Both the position numbers and the translations under genes were made by a program. Positions 39,059 through 51,429 of a DNA stretch of 64,000 nucleotides are shown one piece after another. The notes beneath the pieces are model-generated. The model did not search any database. It had not been told where the DNA came from and was given only the letters and a program-made list of their open reading frames with translations. Within the stretch, counting starts at the first letter, position 1. Each line of letters begins with the position of its first letter. The stretch is from the NCBI GenBank assembly GCA_001600815.1, contig BCKZ01000001.1, forward strand, positions 1-64,000, read 5' to 3'. This DNA is from Alloascoidea hylecoeti. Its lineage: Eukaryota.

Positions 39059-39191
39059 TGTATGACGAAACACTCGAATAAAGTTGGTGTTAACGTTACC
39101 AGTTCTGTATGTAGGGATTAAAGAGTTGAGTAGGTGGTAAAGAATAGATGAGTGGATGTGGTTTTATATTGAAGCTTAACACATACAGAAA

Positions 39192-40756
39192 ATGAAGCAA
39201 TATCCAACTGTGTTGGTTTTCTGTCCTTGTAATGAGTCACTAAACCTCAAATTTGGTGATAAAGAGCAGATCGGTGGCTCAAGTGGTAGATTACATCCTG
39301 AAGATTTAGGAGCACCACCACTCACGCTTCTCACGGACAAATCAACACGACATCGGCTAGAATGGCTATACTATTGCGAATCTTGTAGAGCCGTAAGATG
39401 TCATAAATGTGTCGAAGAAGAAGTTGTATCAATTTACTGTCCTACGTGTTTGAATGAAAGTACAGAGAGTGAGGCAAAAAGAGATCATAATAAATGTACA
39501 CGAAACTGTTTTACTTGTCCCTGTTGTTTATCACGTCTTTTAATTACAAGCACTCTTAATAGTAATGGAACCGATAAAATTTATACTTTGATATGTCCAG
39601 GTTGTGAATGGAAATGGGATGGGGCTACTCAATTTGATAAAACAAAATCATTAACTAGACAAATTAGATCAAAAATGGTTAAGGAAACACCAGAATATCA
39701 ATTATATCAAAAGTTACGAGGTTATTATACTGAAAAGTTTAGAGCGGATACAAATAGTTTGAAACATCAGAAGAGTCCTTTCAGTTCAATGGAATTTTCA
39801 TCTTCTTCTCGAAGGTCCTCCACTGAACGACCGTTATTCATTCCCATACAGTTGGATGAAGAATATGATATGAGAATAAGCAAACTGACGAGTAAAGTTG
39901 AAACTTCATCACAATGTATGTATGAAACAAATGCATTTCTAATATCTAGCAATTAACTAATTTTTGAATGATTATAGTACTTGAAATGAAAGAGCATTTA
40001 GTATCTGAACATGATCCAAAATTTCCAGATTCATTAGTTCCAATAGCCCAAGATTTAAGATCAAAAACATCAAAATTATGCAAAGCATGTAGAAGAATAT
40101 TAATAAAGCCAGATCCAAGACCACATAGTGCTAAGTTCTTAACAAAAGATATGGCAATTAATTATTTACCAACACTTGAAATATCACATATGCCTGAAAA
40201 TAAAGAAAAAAAATTTGTACCTGGTATTCTTAATAAAATGTTATTAACAATAATTAATCCATTACTTGAATCTGTAACTATTACAATATCTACACAAGCA
40301 CAAACAACTGGAAGATATTCTCATAAAGTTACTATTTTATGTCCAACTGTTAAATTAGGTCCTAATTTTGAAAAAGTAGATGAAAAATCTTTAGTTAAAG
40401 CTACACCCAGTCATTTATATACTAGAAAATCAAAGTATATTCAAACAGAATTATTAGAACGAGGTGCTAACGTTGCAATGTCAAATATTCATCTAAATAT
40501 ATCTATATCTAGTAACATAGGTGATGATGATAAACATGATAAGACAGAAGAAGGGAGAGTTTATGAAGAAGGTAGAAATTGGGCTTGTATTCCGTTTGAA
40601 GTCGTACCTAGTGTTGTTGATAAAACACAAGAGGATGGATTTTTGGTTGAAATTCCTTTCTTCGTTAGTATATCTACAAATAGAAAAGAAGAAAATTTAT
40701 CTGTTGGATTTTGGACAGTTGGTCAATTAGGAATGGTATATCCTTTAAAATTTTAA
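39192..40756 (+). CDS. Dynactin p62 (DCTN4-family) subunit; intron 39916-39977
   Basis: LYYCESCRAVRCHKCVEEEV..YCPTCL..CTRNCFTCPCC..CPGCEW and LRSKTSKLCKACRRILIKPD..MAINYLP; a GTATGT..TAG intron joins the two ORFs in frame. Confidence 0.88.
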
Positions 40757-40930
40757 TTCCAATATATATAATGATAAATATTAGATTGCATCAAATGAAA
40801 TTGAAAAAGCAAACTTTATAATATGTAAATAATGTTATACATGTTGTATATAATTCAAATCATATTATTACCATAAAAATAGCAATAAAGTCACAATTAA
40901 ATGAATACGGAAGGGATTAAACGAGATAAT

Positions 40931-41757
40931 TTACATAAACTCATCATCATCATCAGAGTAATCATCATAATTTGTAGTATCTTTATCATCATCTTTTTTC
41001 AAACTTGCTTGAGAAATACCAAGTCTACCTTTTGCTTTCTTTTTACCAGCTGTAGCGCTAACTTTAGCCATTCTTTGAGCTCTTTCATCTTTTATTTTTT
41101 CTTTTTCTAATAAACTTAATGTTGCAATTAATTTTCTTAATTGTTCAAGTGATAATGGTTTTGAGACATCTCTAACAAAATCAATTGCAAAAGAATTACA
41201 ATAATGTAATCCAGAAACATTTGAAGTTTGTGCAACTATAGGTCCTAACTTCTTTCGTAGTTTTTCAAAATCTTGTTTATTTTCAGGATGGAAGAGGGCA
41301 TTTGCTTCAAGTGGCAATTCTTTAAGTATAGGGGCAGGTTCATTCTTAATTCCAGCTTTTGGATCAGCAACTCCTAAACCACCAAATAAATCAGCTGCAT
41401 TATTTAAATCAGAATCAAGTTCTAATTTTCTTTGAACTTCTCTTCTGCTTGCAGGATCTAGATGAGAAAGATCAACAGTTTTGGTGCCAGCGGTAGTAGA
41501 TTTCTTGTTGGCTTTTTTAGCTACAGGCTTAGCTTTTGTGACAGGTTTAGGTGCTGCTTTTGGTTTTTCTTCTTCTTCGGAGTCGGCATCCCAAGAATCA
41601 ACTACTGGTTCATCATCTTCGGATTCATCATCCCAGCTTTCCTTGACATTAGTAGGTGCCTGATAATCTTCGTCGTCTACAAAACCAAAATTGTTAGGAA
41701 AATCTTTCTCTACACAATATTCATTAATTTTGTAATATGTTACTTACCCCAATTCAT
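40931..41757 (-). CDS. HCR1: Translation initiation factor eIF3j; intron 41677-41747
   Basis: MNW|DDEDY..ESWDDESEDDEPVVDSWDA..ELDSDLNNAADLFGGLG..LFHPENKQDF..RDVSKPL..DDDDEFM. Confidence 0.9.
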
Positions 41758-42611
41758 TATTGAATATTTAGTAATTTATTAGCAAACACAATTAAAGTAA
41801 AAATATGAGTAAATCGCGATCTGGAATTCAACTAATTGAATGTTTAAATTTCTTTTTCCGGCCCGAAGGTTTTGTGTTGTAACTAACGGGAGAACTTTCT
41901 TGCAATTTCCTGAAATGAACATTATCGTAGTATGCATATCAAACTATAATTATATGAATACAGGATTTACAGGAGCCGCTAGATTCTCTCTGGATTCTGG
42001 TTTTGATCATAAATAAGGATTTTTCCGCTTACGAAGATAATAGGGGTTCATAAAAGGATTCTAGGAAAGATATATGGGCAATTATGAACGGAAAACAATT
42101 GGACCGAGAACTCAAAATAATTAGATGGAGATGACTTACGAACAATTGGTGCGGTGCACTCCCAACATAAAATAATTGGATCTTCAATTTTAATAATGAC
42201 ATCTCATTTTTTATGTCCGGTACTGTACTATAGCACTTATTATTAGGAATGTTGCTCTTCTATCAATACTATAAGAGTAACTAATGTAGTAACTACTCCA
42301 CCGCAAACTACCCATGCCATGACAAATTCTAGAAATACTATTATTGATTGGAGTCGTTAACTTTATCATTAAGTAAATAAAAATAAAAATAGCTATATAA
42401 ATCAATAGCTGACAGGTCATAAACATGATAATAAATGTGGTAAAAACAAACATAATAATTAACAATTTCCAATAATTAATTATTGTATATCATGGTTTTC
42501 ATAAAAACATCGGTATTCGTATTAAGATATTTTTTTTTTTTTTTGGCTTTTTTAATCAATATAAAACAAAGCTAAGATAATAATTAAGTATAATTAATGT
42601 TAAACTTAAGA

Positions 42612-44261
42612 TTATACTTTTTCTTCAGGTGTAGAATTATTTGTAACATGTTTATCTTCTTTATCATGAGAACATTCACAAACAAAATCTTTAAATTTTC
42701 TGGCAGGAACTTTTTTAGCATACATTTCATCAATTTCTTCATAAGATCTTCCTTTAGTTTCAGGTTGACAAATATAGAAATAAACAACTGAAAGAGCACA
42801 TGCAGCAAAGAATATAAAATTGGTTTTTGAACCAAGATTTCCTTGATCTGGGTTAAAGATATAAGGAAGAACAAATGACCATAAACATTGAAAGGCACTA
42901 CAAATAGCAGTTGCCAAACCTATTGTTTTAACTCTCAATTTAGAAGTTGGATTATCTGCACAGATAACGTAACCCATTGGACCAACAGAAATATTATAAA
43001 CAAAATTATAAATAACAAAAAATGCACTACTTGCAACTTCATTTCCATGAACTTTTTTTATACCGGCAGCTGCGATAATTAAATTAACAACTGTTAATTC
43101 CATCATACCATATAGAATTAATGGACGTCTTCCAAAAGTATTTACCAACCAAAATGAAACAAGAACACCAACAACTGATAGTGACATTGCACCACATGCA
43201 ATTCCAAAGGATTGTTTTGTTGTAAATCCTGAAAGTTCGTAATAGTATGTTGAATATGCTGTTGCGTAAGCTACACCACTCATTGCTTGCATCCAAAATG
43301 GTACAACAGAAATTATGGTTCTTCTTAAATTTGTACCTTTAAATAATTCCAATACTGATGCTGCATTAGCATTAAGCTTATTTGCTTCTGCAATAGTTAC
43401 TTTAATAATTGCAAATTGTCTTCTAACTGTTTCTTCGTTATGCTTATAAAATATTCCAAGTACTTTCAGTGCTTTATCATCTCTACCTTTAATATGTAGA
43501 TGCCATGGAGATTCAGGCATAAATGGTAGGAAGATAAGTGTAGTTGCAGAAAAAGCCATTTGAGTAACAAATATTCCCCTATAAGCCCATCTATTACTCT
43601 TTTCACTTAAAGTATTTTGCATAAGATAACAAACAAATGGCGCAATTGATTGCGAAAAATTAACGCCAGCCGTTGCAAAACCTCTCAAAGCTAATGGTGC
43701 TATTTCAGCAACGTAAGTTGTTGATGATGATGAAATAATTCCCAGTGCAAAACCATCAAACGTTTTTCCAAGAAAAAATACAACCATTGTAGTTGCAGCG
43801 AACTCCATACCAACAAAAGGGAATATAAGACAAACGCCTATAATAATTGCAAATTTTCTGCCAAGTAGATCAGAAAGATAAGAACCAACAAGACTTCCAA
43901 TAACAAAACCAGCGATTGGAGTTCCAGAAATAGCTGATTGCCAACCAGCGTCAAGCACATAACTTCCATCGTAATAATGACCAAAATCTTTTCTAAATGT
44001 CGGGGTGGAAATTACTAACCCACCTGTTTGATTATAACTATCAAATCCAATTAAAATACAAACCCAAAAATTTACCATAATCCAAGAAAAAACTACCGGA
44101 TAACTTTTAACGGCTTGAATAAATGTGAATGAATGTTCAATTTCTTGCTGAATTTTTGCATCCTCTTCTATATCAGAATCACTTAGAGATGTATCCATTT
44201 TACTTAATGAATCATTTTTAATTTCAGCAGAAGATCGGGGAGGTTCTGTTTGATCGGACAT
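42612..44261 (-). CDS. MFS sugar porter, alpha-glucoside/maltose permease-like
   Basis: 12-TM pattern; FRKDFG..AGWQSAIS, DLLGRK, YVAEIAPLALRG, WAYRGIFVTQ, PESPW, FKGTNLRRT, LRVKTIG, PETKGRSYEEIDEMYAKKVPARKF. Confidence 0.88.
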   Translation of the reverse strand: MSDQTEPPRSSAEIKNDSLSKMDTSLSDSDIEEDAKIQQEIEHSFTFIQAVKSYPVVFSWIMVNFWVCILIGFDSYNQTGGLVISTPTFRKDFGHYYDGSYVLDAGWQSAISGTPIAGFVIGSLVGSYLSDLLGRKFAIIIGVCLIFPFVGMEFAATTMVVFFLGKTFDGFALGIISSSSTTYVAEIAPLALRGFATAGVNFSQSIAPFVCYLMQNTLSEKSNRWAYRGIFVTQMAFSATTLIFLPFMPESPWHLHIKGRDDKALKVLGIFYKHNEETVRRQFAIIKVTIAEANKLNANAASVLELFKGTNLRRTIISVVPFWMQAMSGVAYATAYSTYYYELSGFTTKQSFGIACGAMSLSVVGVLVSFWLVNTFGRRPLILYGMMELTVVNLIIAAAGIKKVHGNEVASSAFFVIYNFVYNISVGPMGYVICADNPTSKLRVKTIGLATAICSAFQCLWSFVLPYIFNPDQGNLGSKTNFIFFAACALSVVYFYICQPETKGRSYEEIDEMYAKKVPARKFKDFVCECSHDKEDKHVTNNSTPEEKV

Positions 44262-44989
44262 TGTAATCTATATCTATTCAATAATAGCTATCGTACTAAT
44301 ATATATAAGATTACTTCTGTATCCTATATTTTGAAATTTGTAGTTTGAATTTTAGTTTGAAAAAATAATGAGTCTTCTTCTTCATTTATATATATTTATA
44401 TATATATGCTTTTAATAGACATAGCATTAGTCAGTGTGTATATCTTTATCACACCTAAATTTAAAGTACAGCCACTTAACATGAGTGTCATTATCACTAT
44501 AAAACATTTATTGACATAACCTGATTCCGGTGATCATGACTACATATTTCCCATTATCGGGTATACGAGTCCCGGGATCCTTACTTTATTGAGTATACAC
44601 AGGTTATTTATTATAAAAGTGACCTGCTGATGATCAGTAAAACGTTAGTAACCCTAGGAAAACTAGATTAAATCTCGGTAGAAGATTCCTCCATAATGGT
44701 AATTTTTTACTTATTTAATCCTTTTATTGAATCCTAATATCGGTTTAATTATGTACCCCATAATTTTATTAATTAATATAACAATGATAATTGAAAATTA
44801 AACGGCTGATAAACACCCAAAGTTTCTAGTCCCTGCATAAGTTAGACGCATTGAGCCACTTTGCATTGTAGGAAATTTGGTTCGGAAAAATCAATTCAAA
44901 ATATAGGTTATATAGAACGAAGCTTAACTCAGTAATAAAGTTGTAGAATTCGTGCAATAATTATGTCAAAGTGAGTCAATTGTATATCT

Positions 44990-45330
44990 ACTTGTTTTTA
45001 ATGGCTAAATATGTATCAAATAGGTACAAATGAATCATGTGTATAAGAACATGGTATATATTGATTCATGAATTATAACAAATGGGAGAGTAGCTTGATT
45101 ATAAGAATATGCGTATGCAATGGAGAAGTACATTTACCCGAGTTTATTGTATGAATACAGGCGGAAAATAATCATGAGCTATATTAAATAGATCTAGACT
45201 CCACCAAAATTTAATGCCACTATTTTTTATTGAAATTGTAATGGTTCAATCGAGAATCTGGAAAAATGGGATTACCATGTATTAGTGTAATTATACAGCT
45301 ATTGACCATTGGATAGCAGCGTTATAAATA
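44990..45330 (+). mobile_element. Possible Mutator/MULE transposase relic
   Basis: Fragments GTNESCV*EHG, CNGS../MGLPC (45237-45280) and IDHW occur in the order of the fungal MULE motifs TTSRVEGAH, C.G....GLPC.H, HPHW. Heavily decayed. Confidence 0.3.
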
Positions 45331-45879
45331 TGTCATTTTAAAAGTCTAACATATAATGAAGGTTGAGAGCAAGTTAATACATCTTATAATTATAACTATG
45401 AAATAACATTAACAGATTTGGAATTGAAATTTAATTATAACTTCAGAATTTGTTGAATTAATTATAAAAAATTATGATGAATCAGCTGTAAGTACTTTGG
45501 AGAGAGCTATCACCAACAAGTATAGAATATATTACATTGCAATCTGCAATTTTTATGGAATATTCTAAAGGTCTATACACTCAATACAAGCTAATTAATT
45601 ACAATTTTAAACTAAGTTAATCGTGTTAGGCCACTCATCAAAGCAAACCAATACAGTGTTTTTTTATTATACGAAGCTGAAGTGATATAGCTATAAGATA
45701 TCATAGATAATTTGGAATGATCACATACTAGGTTGGCGTTACCACATAGCACATACAAATATACACAGTATATTGAAAATAATACAAGCTTACTTAGAAG
45801 GGGAACAGTTCCAGAATTAATAACCATTAAAATTGTGATTAAAATTCTCTACTTGAATGATGCTTCTAATTTCAGAAGT

Positions 45880-46206
45880 TCAAGTGATGAATTCATATGC
45901 CCCTTTTGAACTATTGAGAGGGGCCAAAGGATACTTTACTAGTTTAATACTAGTGTGGATTGAATATCTGTTCATAGAATTAAGGAGTAACCTTGAAACA
46001 ATAGTCTGCTGATCGCTAGAGAGCTCAGCCGGGGAGCCGCTACCATTTCCTAAAATAGGACCGTTGAGTTTTTCCTTTTCCAAATAGGCTTGTAGATCTT
46101 TCCCAACATCTCTATTCTTTTCAAGACCCGATAACATTTTTAGAATTCTAATACCAAGCTTGATTGGTTCCTTAAGTTTAATGTTGGATACCATCTTTGA
46201 ACTCAT
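45880..46206 (-). other. Short ORF of unknown nature, possibly a retrotransposon gag relic
   Basis: 108-aa ORF, slightly GC-richer than its flanks, among TE relics; no diagnostic motif. Confidence 0.2.
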
Positions 46207-46729
46207 TTAAAGATTTGATTTTGGGGGTAAACTTCTTGCTGTTATTTTAATCTAGTATTATAAAATTTAATTTAACAAATATTTCTTTGTGGTCTACCGC
46301 CCTAGAGATTATTTAATTGTGTAAATATACTAAAGTTATATTAAATAAAACAGTTAAAAATAGATGATAATCATATCTTGTAACTTATAAAGAAGAATAA
46401 ATTGAGTTTAAATAAGGTATATACTGTTATATGACAAAGTTAACGCTCTTTACTTGTTATGTATACGTTGTGACTTTTAAAGATACTTAGATGAATGATA
46501 CATTTAGATTATGGTCTTAGCAATAGCTAGAAAAAATTTCCATATAACTTACCTTACAACCAGGATTCGGTTAACTTACACTTTTTTCTTTTTTTCAGGC
46601 TCCAAAAAAGACTCTTTTAAACATACCATAAAATGACCTCTAAAATTCCTTTAAGTGAGATTTTGAGTAATTTTAATTTTAAAAAAGAAATTGCAACCAA
46701 CTAAGTGGATTAAAATATATAATCTGAGT

Positions 46730-47430
46730 AAACATGGCCATGGGTAAAGTTCCGAAATAGGCAAAAGGCTTATATATCACCTTTCAACTGAACGGTTCAT
46801 TGTACAGAAATATACCAACAATTTCTCTAGTATAACACCTCCTTAAATGAAAAAATCCTAAATAACTTGCTAAAAGGGCGGTAAATTAAATTCTGAGAAT
46901 TACAAATACTTCCTTGTTGAGCACTGTTGGAAAAACTGGTATCGAAGTTCAACAGAAAATCAAATTTGAAGACCACATGTCCACCTAAGATCCCAATTAG
47001 AAAACAAGAATATGATATATTTTCGGTACGTAAAAGAAATTTTATGAATAAAAAGCTAAAGAAACAGAAGAAATAGTCTAAAGATAGGTTATAGTAGTCT
47101 CAGTGAGATGGTGTTGTATTTAGTGACGATTGTTTTGTCGCTACAGGATTTGGATCCGGAAGATATATTCTTGACTACAACCAGGCTAGACCTTTAAACT
47201 TTTGTGAAAGACCTTTTATGGTGTCATATTCAAGCAAGCCAGCTGTTCATGATGAAAAATGCCATTTTATAGTATCTACTAGAATCTCTAGAATTTACGG
47301 AACAATATGTACTATTTTAAGAAAAGATGGTTTGAGCTTGTGGTTGAAACACTTCATCTGTTTATCGTTCAGTTCGAATTCTGCGAGTCTATAATTGCTC
47401 TAAATATAATTTCCGTACAAATAGAATAGT
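46730..47430 (+). mobile_element. Decayed Tc1/mariner (Tc1-type) transposase
   Basis: Colinear motifs: GR/KLNSENYKYFLVEHCWKN (~46873), RKRNFMNKK, *DGVVFSDD (47104-47130; cf. WxxVxFSDE), LWCHI, LFMMKNA (cf. FQQDNA), ICTILRK, CESIIALN (cf. RCEAVIAANG). Confidence 0.6.
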
Positions 47431-47531
47431 AGAAATTGTAAATTACAAATTTACATCTGAAGGGCTCTGTTAAAAAAAGTGTTCAAATTTCACACACACA
47501 AGTCTAACAACCCAATTTAATTGTCCAATTA

Positions 47532-47697
47532 TGTAGTGACTTCACGGTTTAATTAAACTTATAATATAATATATATGTTACTGAATGTGTTTCTGCTTAT
47601 ATATGGTGGCTGATATTTATTTATGAGGTTTAGTGTTTTATTGATTAACTGTAATGTTTAAAGTTCGAGCTCGAGTGTATAATATCAATCACTATCA
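47532..47697 (+). repeat. Candidate short LTR (~166 bp)
   Basis: Begins TGTAGTGA and ends TCACTATCA (imperfect inverted termini, TG..CA), then GGTATAAGTATGGGCGC, loosely like a copia/Ty5 half-tRNAiMet PBS. Confidence 0.3.
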
Positions 47698-48602
47698 GGT
47701 ATAAGTATGGGCGCTTATGTTACTGATTACAATTTTAAGCACATAACGGTGTAAATTGAAAATAACATATAATATTCAAAAATATATAGATCTAAGACTT
47801 GTACCAGAAAGAAATTACAGTATTCATTAACAATTATACATATAACTACGTGGATTATTATTATGCCATTGTCGGGCTCCTCGTCGAAATTCCAGTCTTT
47901 CATTAGCAAGTCCCGGCCGAGAAGAATCGAATCATTCTTTCAATCTATATGTCTTGTCAACAACCTCATCTAGAAGTAAAGTAGTTATCTTTTAAGTGAC
48001 TAGATTTGTCCGATTGATTTTTCCACCTCATGTGAGAATGATAAAAGATTTATGGTCCTGAGTTTAACGGACAATCCAATTAAAAGTAATTAAAAATTCC
48101 CTCTATGATCCGGTAAGGCTGGCTTATTCTAATTTGTCTCCCTATCTATCATTGTTATTTATATTTGGAGGAGCACGTGACATGAAATTTCATTCAGCCC
48201 TAACTAAGTTTGAATATGAAGATTCATAATATGAAATAATATATTACCTTGTGAATTCCAAGACACTTACTTTCTTTTTAAATCAAGAACTTCATCATAA
48301 TGTTGTATGTAAATTGAGTTGGTATTTTTTAACAAAGAGAACTTATAATTTCACGTCATGATAAGATGCAAAATACCAACCCAGATGACTCAGAGATTAT
48401 GCAAGTGGGGTAAAACTCAACCACTACTAATCATCATTTAAGCTTTTTTATTGTTAATTTATTAATAGTGATAGCATAACTCACGTTTGTTATAATATAT
48501 AAAATATAGGATTGGAAAGTTAAGTTCATTCTTTCTTATTCTTAATCATCCACTATTTTATGTAATTTCAACTTCATTTTTACAAAAGTACCACGCAAAA
48601 AA

Positions 48603-51158
48603 ATGGCTCCTGTCACGAAAAAAATTAATGGGATTTCAAAACCTCCAAGGAAGTCTCAAAGGGTACCTAAATCCTGTACCATGTGTACAAAAAGGAAAGT
48701 TAAATGTAATAAACAACTCCCATGCGAATCGTGTGTCAGAAGAGGTATTTCACATCTTTGTACGAGAGAAATCGTCGTTGTTAAGGGCATCCTTCAAAAT
48801 ACGGATGAACATCCGATTGTCGAAGGAACTCTGAGAACAAATTTTAGTGAAGATAATACGGATACAATTACGAACCTACCCGGAACAAGACATTTATCAT
48901 TAGAAAACAAAAGTCATCATTATAATTCAGTTTCTCAAAGACATAGCACCATTGGATTGCTAACGGGAGGATCATCCGACATAGACAATCATATTCATAG
49001 TCTATTTAGACAAAATGAAAACTCATCCGTACTTGAAAGACAAAACAACTCTAGTTCTTCACTTTCAGCAGATATATTCGCAACTAGTACTTTTCAAAAC
49101 TTTCGAGCTCAAGCTCTTAATGATGATGAAAATAATTTACAACACTCTACGTCCCCAGAACATATTTATGATTTATTTCAAATACCGGCATCACCAAATT
49201 CTTTTAATAAATTATTCCCTTCTATTTTCAATGATTTTTTAAATATTCGTCGAAGAAAAATTATAACAAAAGAAGAAATAAATAAATATGCTATTGCTCT
49301 TCAATTTTTAGTAAGAGGTTTAATATCAGATAAATCAAATGATGAATCAATAAATGCATATAATAGAGGATTATCACCTTTCTCACCATCAAATTTTTCA
49401 CTTGGTACATTAAAACGTTCATCAATTTTTACAGAACCTCATTTAATTGATGATATACCAAATACTAAATTATTACCAATTATGTTATTAACAAAAGATC
49501 AATCAACAAAAATTGTTGAATTTAGTCTTGAAAACTTAGGTTTTTTACATTGTGCAATTCATAAAGCAACTTTTCAATGTGAACATAATTTATTTTGGGA
49601 ACTTGATTTATTATCAACATTAAATTCAAATGAAAATAAATGTAGAAGAGGTACTTATCTTTGGGCATCAACATGGTATGCAATTCTTTCAACTGGTCTT
49701 TATTATGGTGGACCTGATTATTCATCAGAATTTGGTTTAACAGCATCAAAAAGTGCTGAACTATCAAAATTATTTTTTTATTCTTCAATTGAATGTTTAC
49801 AAAGAGCTCAATATATGTTATATCCTGATGTTAGATCTGTTCAAACATTTTGTGTTTTATCTTTATGTTTTCATGGATTTGGTGGTAACGATTTACAAAA
49901 TTGTTTATTAAATGCAATTATTTATATGGCTGAAAGACTTAATCTTCATAGACTTGATTCTGAAGATACTTTAAATATTACTGGTTCAGGTTCAAAATTA
50001 TTAGATCGTGAATTAGGTAGACGATTATGGTGGTGTTTGGTAATTATTGATTGGTTAGAAGATTATGGTAGAACTAATACAATTCAAGAAAATAGTTTTA
50101 CATCAGCTTTACCAGCAAATTATAGAGAAAGGGATTTAAATATTGAAAATTCTAATTCTGATTCAAATTCAAATTCAAATTCAAATTCAAATTCAAATTC
50201 AAATTCAAATTTAAAAGTAAAACCATTGCCTTTATTTATTAGGACAAAAGTAAGTTATCAAATTACAATGTGTAAGCTTGCATCAATTAAAAAAGCATAT
50301 TATTTTGGAGGTTTATCAAAATATAATAAATTATGTGAAGCAGATAATGAATTAAGAAATTTACAATTAGCACTACCAGAACCTTTACAAAGAAATGGAA
50401 ATTCAAAAGATATACCAAGTTGGAATGAATTATGTGTTTCATTTCAAAGATTTTTATCAAATTTGGCAATTGATGTTGAAATTTTTCTTATTAATAGAGC
50501 ACTTTTAACATTTGCACCAACTGATGATTTAAAAGAAAAAAGTAGACAAATTTGTATTAATATTGCAAAAATTATTTTATCAACTTGTAATAATATTGAG
50601 AATCCAAAATTATTTAAAATGTATTGGTTTGTACCAAATGGTGTTATTAATTGTTCATTATTTTTAATATTAGATATTTTTTCAAATTCTGATAATGATA
50701 CTTCAAATACTGAAAGTTTAGAACTTATTGGTTGGATAGAAGATTCAATACCTTTTTTAGAACAATTAAAAACTTTACATACACAAGCTGAGAGAGGAGT
50801 TAATATAATAAAGCAATTACTTCATTTTGCTAAATCTTATTTAACAAATGATTATAATGATAAAGATGATGCAGATATTGAAGGTAATGCAACAAGAATT
50901 GGAAAACGATTAGGTGATTTATTTAAACAATTGAATAACACTCCTAAAATGTCTATATCTAGTGATGTATTATCTTCAATCGGACAATCTTTAAGTTCCT
51001 TTCATAAAGATGGTGAAACTGCTTTAAATGAAGTTGTTGAAATGATTGGAGATCATTATCAAACAACATTTCCAATTCAACCTGATTTAACTAGTTTACC
51101 TATTGGTTTGGATGACTTGAGTAATTATAAAAGGGAATATTTAGAATCATTATTTTGA
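48603..51158 (+). CDS. Zn(II)2Cys6 transcription factor with fungal-specific middle domain (851 aa)
   Basis: CTMCTKRKVKCNKQLPCESCVRRGISHLC; middle region AERLNLHR..ELGRRLWWCLVIIDW; NS microsatellite (TTCAAA)n at ~50162-50209. Confidence 0.93.
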   Translation: MAPVTKKINGISKPPRKSQRVPKSCTMCTKRKVKCNKQLPCESCVRRGISHLCTREIVVVKGILQNTDEHPIVEGTLRTNFSEDNTDTITNLPGTRHLSLENKSHHYNSVSQRHSTIGLLTGGSSDIDNHIHSLFRQNENSSVLERQNNSSSSLSADIFATSTFQNFRAQALNDDENNLQHSTSPEHIYDLFQIPASPNSFNKLFPSIFNDFLNIRRRKIITKEEINKYAIALQFLVRGLISDKSNDESINAYNRGLSPFSPSNFSLGTLKRSSIFTEPHLIDDIPNTKLLPIMLLTKDQSTKIVEFSLENLGFLHCAIHKATFQCEHNLFWELDLLSTLNSNENKCRRGTYLWASTWYAILSTGLYYGGPDYSSEFGLTASKSAELSKLFFYSSIECLQRAQYMLYPDVRSVQTFCVLSLCFHGFGGNDLQNCLLNAIIYMAERLNLHRLDSEDTLNITGSGSKLLDRELGRRLWWCLVIIDWLEDYGRTNTIQENSFTSALPANYRERDLNIENSNSDSNSNSNSNSNSNSNSNLKVKPLPLFIRTKVSYQITMCKLASIKKAYYFGGLSKYNKLCEADNELRNLQLALPEPLQRNGNSKDIPSWNELCVSFQRFLSNLAIDVEIFLINRALLTFAPTDDLKEKSRQICINIAKIILSTCNNIENPKLFKMYWFVPNGVINCSLFLILDIFSNSDNDTSNTESLELIGWIEDSIPFLEQLKTLHTQAERGVNIIKQLLHFAKSYLTNDYNDKDDADIEGNATRIGKRLGDLFKQLNNTPKMSISSDVLSSIGQSLSSFHKDGETALNEVVEMIGDHYQTTFPIQPDLTSLPIGLDDLSNYKREYLESLF

Positions 51159-51429
51159 TTTAAATTTTACTTTATTAAAAAAAGTGCCAACAACTCAGCG
51201 CTTTAATTTATGATTTTGTTTCTATTTGTTATATTTATCGTACTATATTTAGGTATTGCTGATGTCATATATTAATCATAATATCAAATGCCGATTCCTT
51301 AAGATAATGATTCCTGTTACTGTTTATTTAACTAAATTAATATTTTTTGTTTATATTTAATTCATTTTACTAATTACCTATTCTCCAATTTCATATCTTA
51401 AGCTTTTGACCGATGTTTATTGACATGGA

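Noticed and set aside
41875..42167. TGTTG..CAACA-bounded segment upstream of HCR1 as a solo LTR
   Set aside because: Only 5-bp termini, no TSD, and it overlaps the probable HCR1 promoter.
46545..46560. AACTTACCTTA resembling the U1 snRNA 5' end; also GTGTAGTA at ~62693 resembling the U2 branch-pairing region
   Set aside because: No flanking snRNA stems or Sm site in the expected place.
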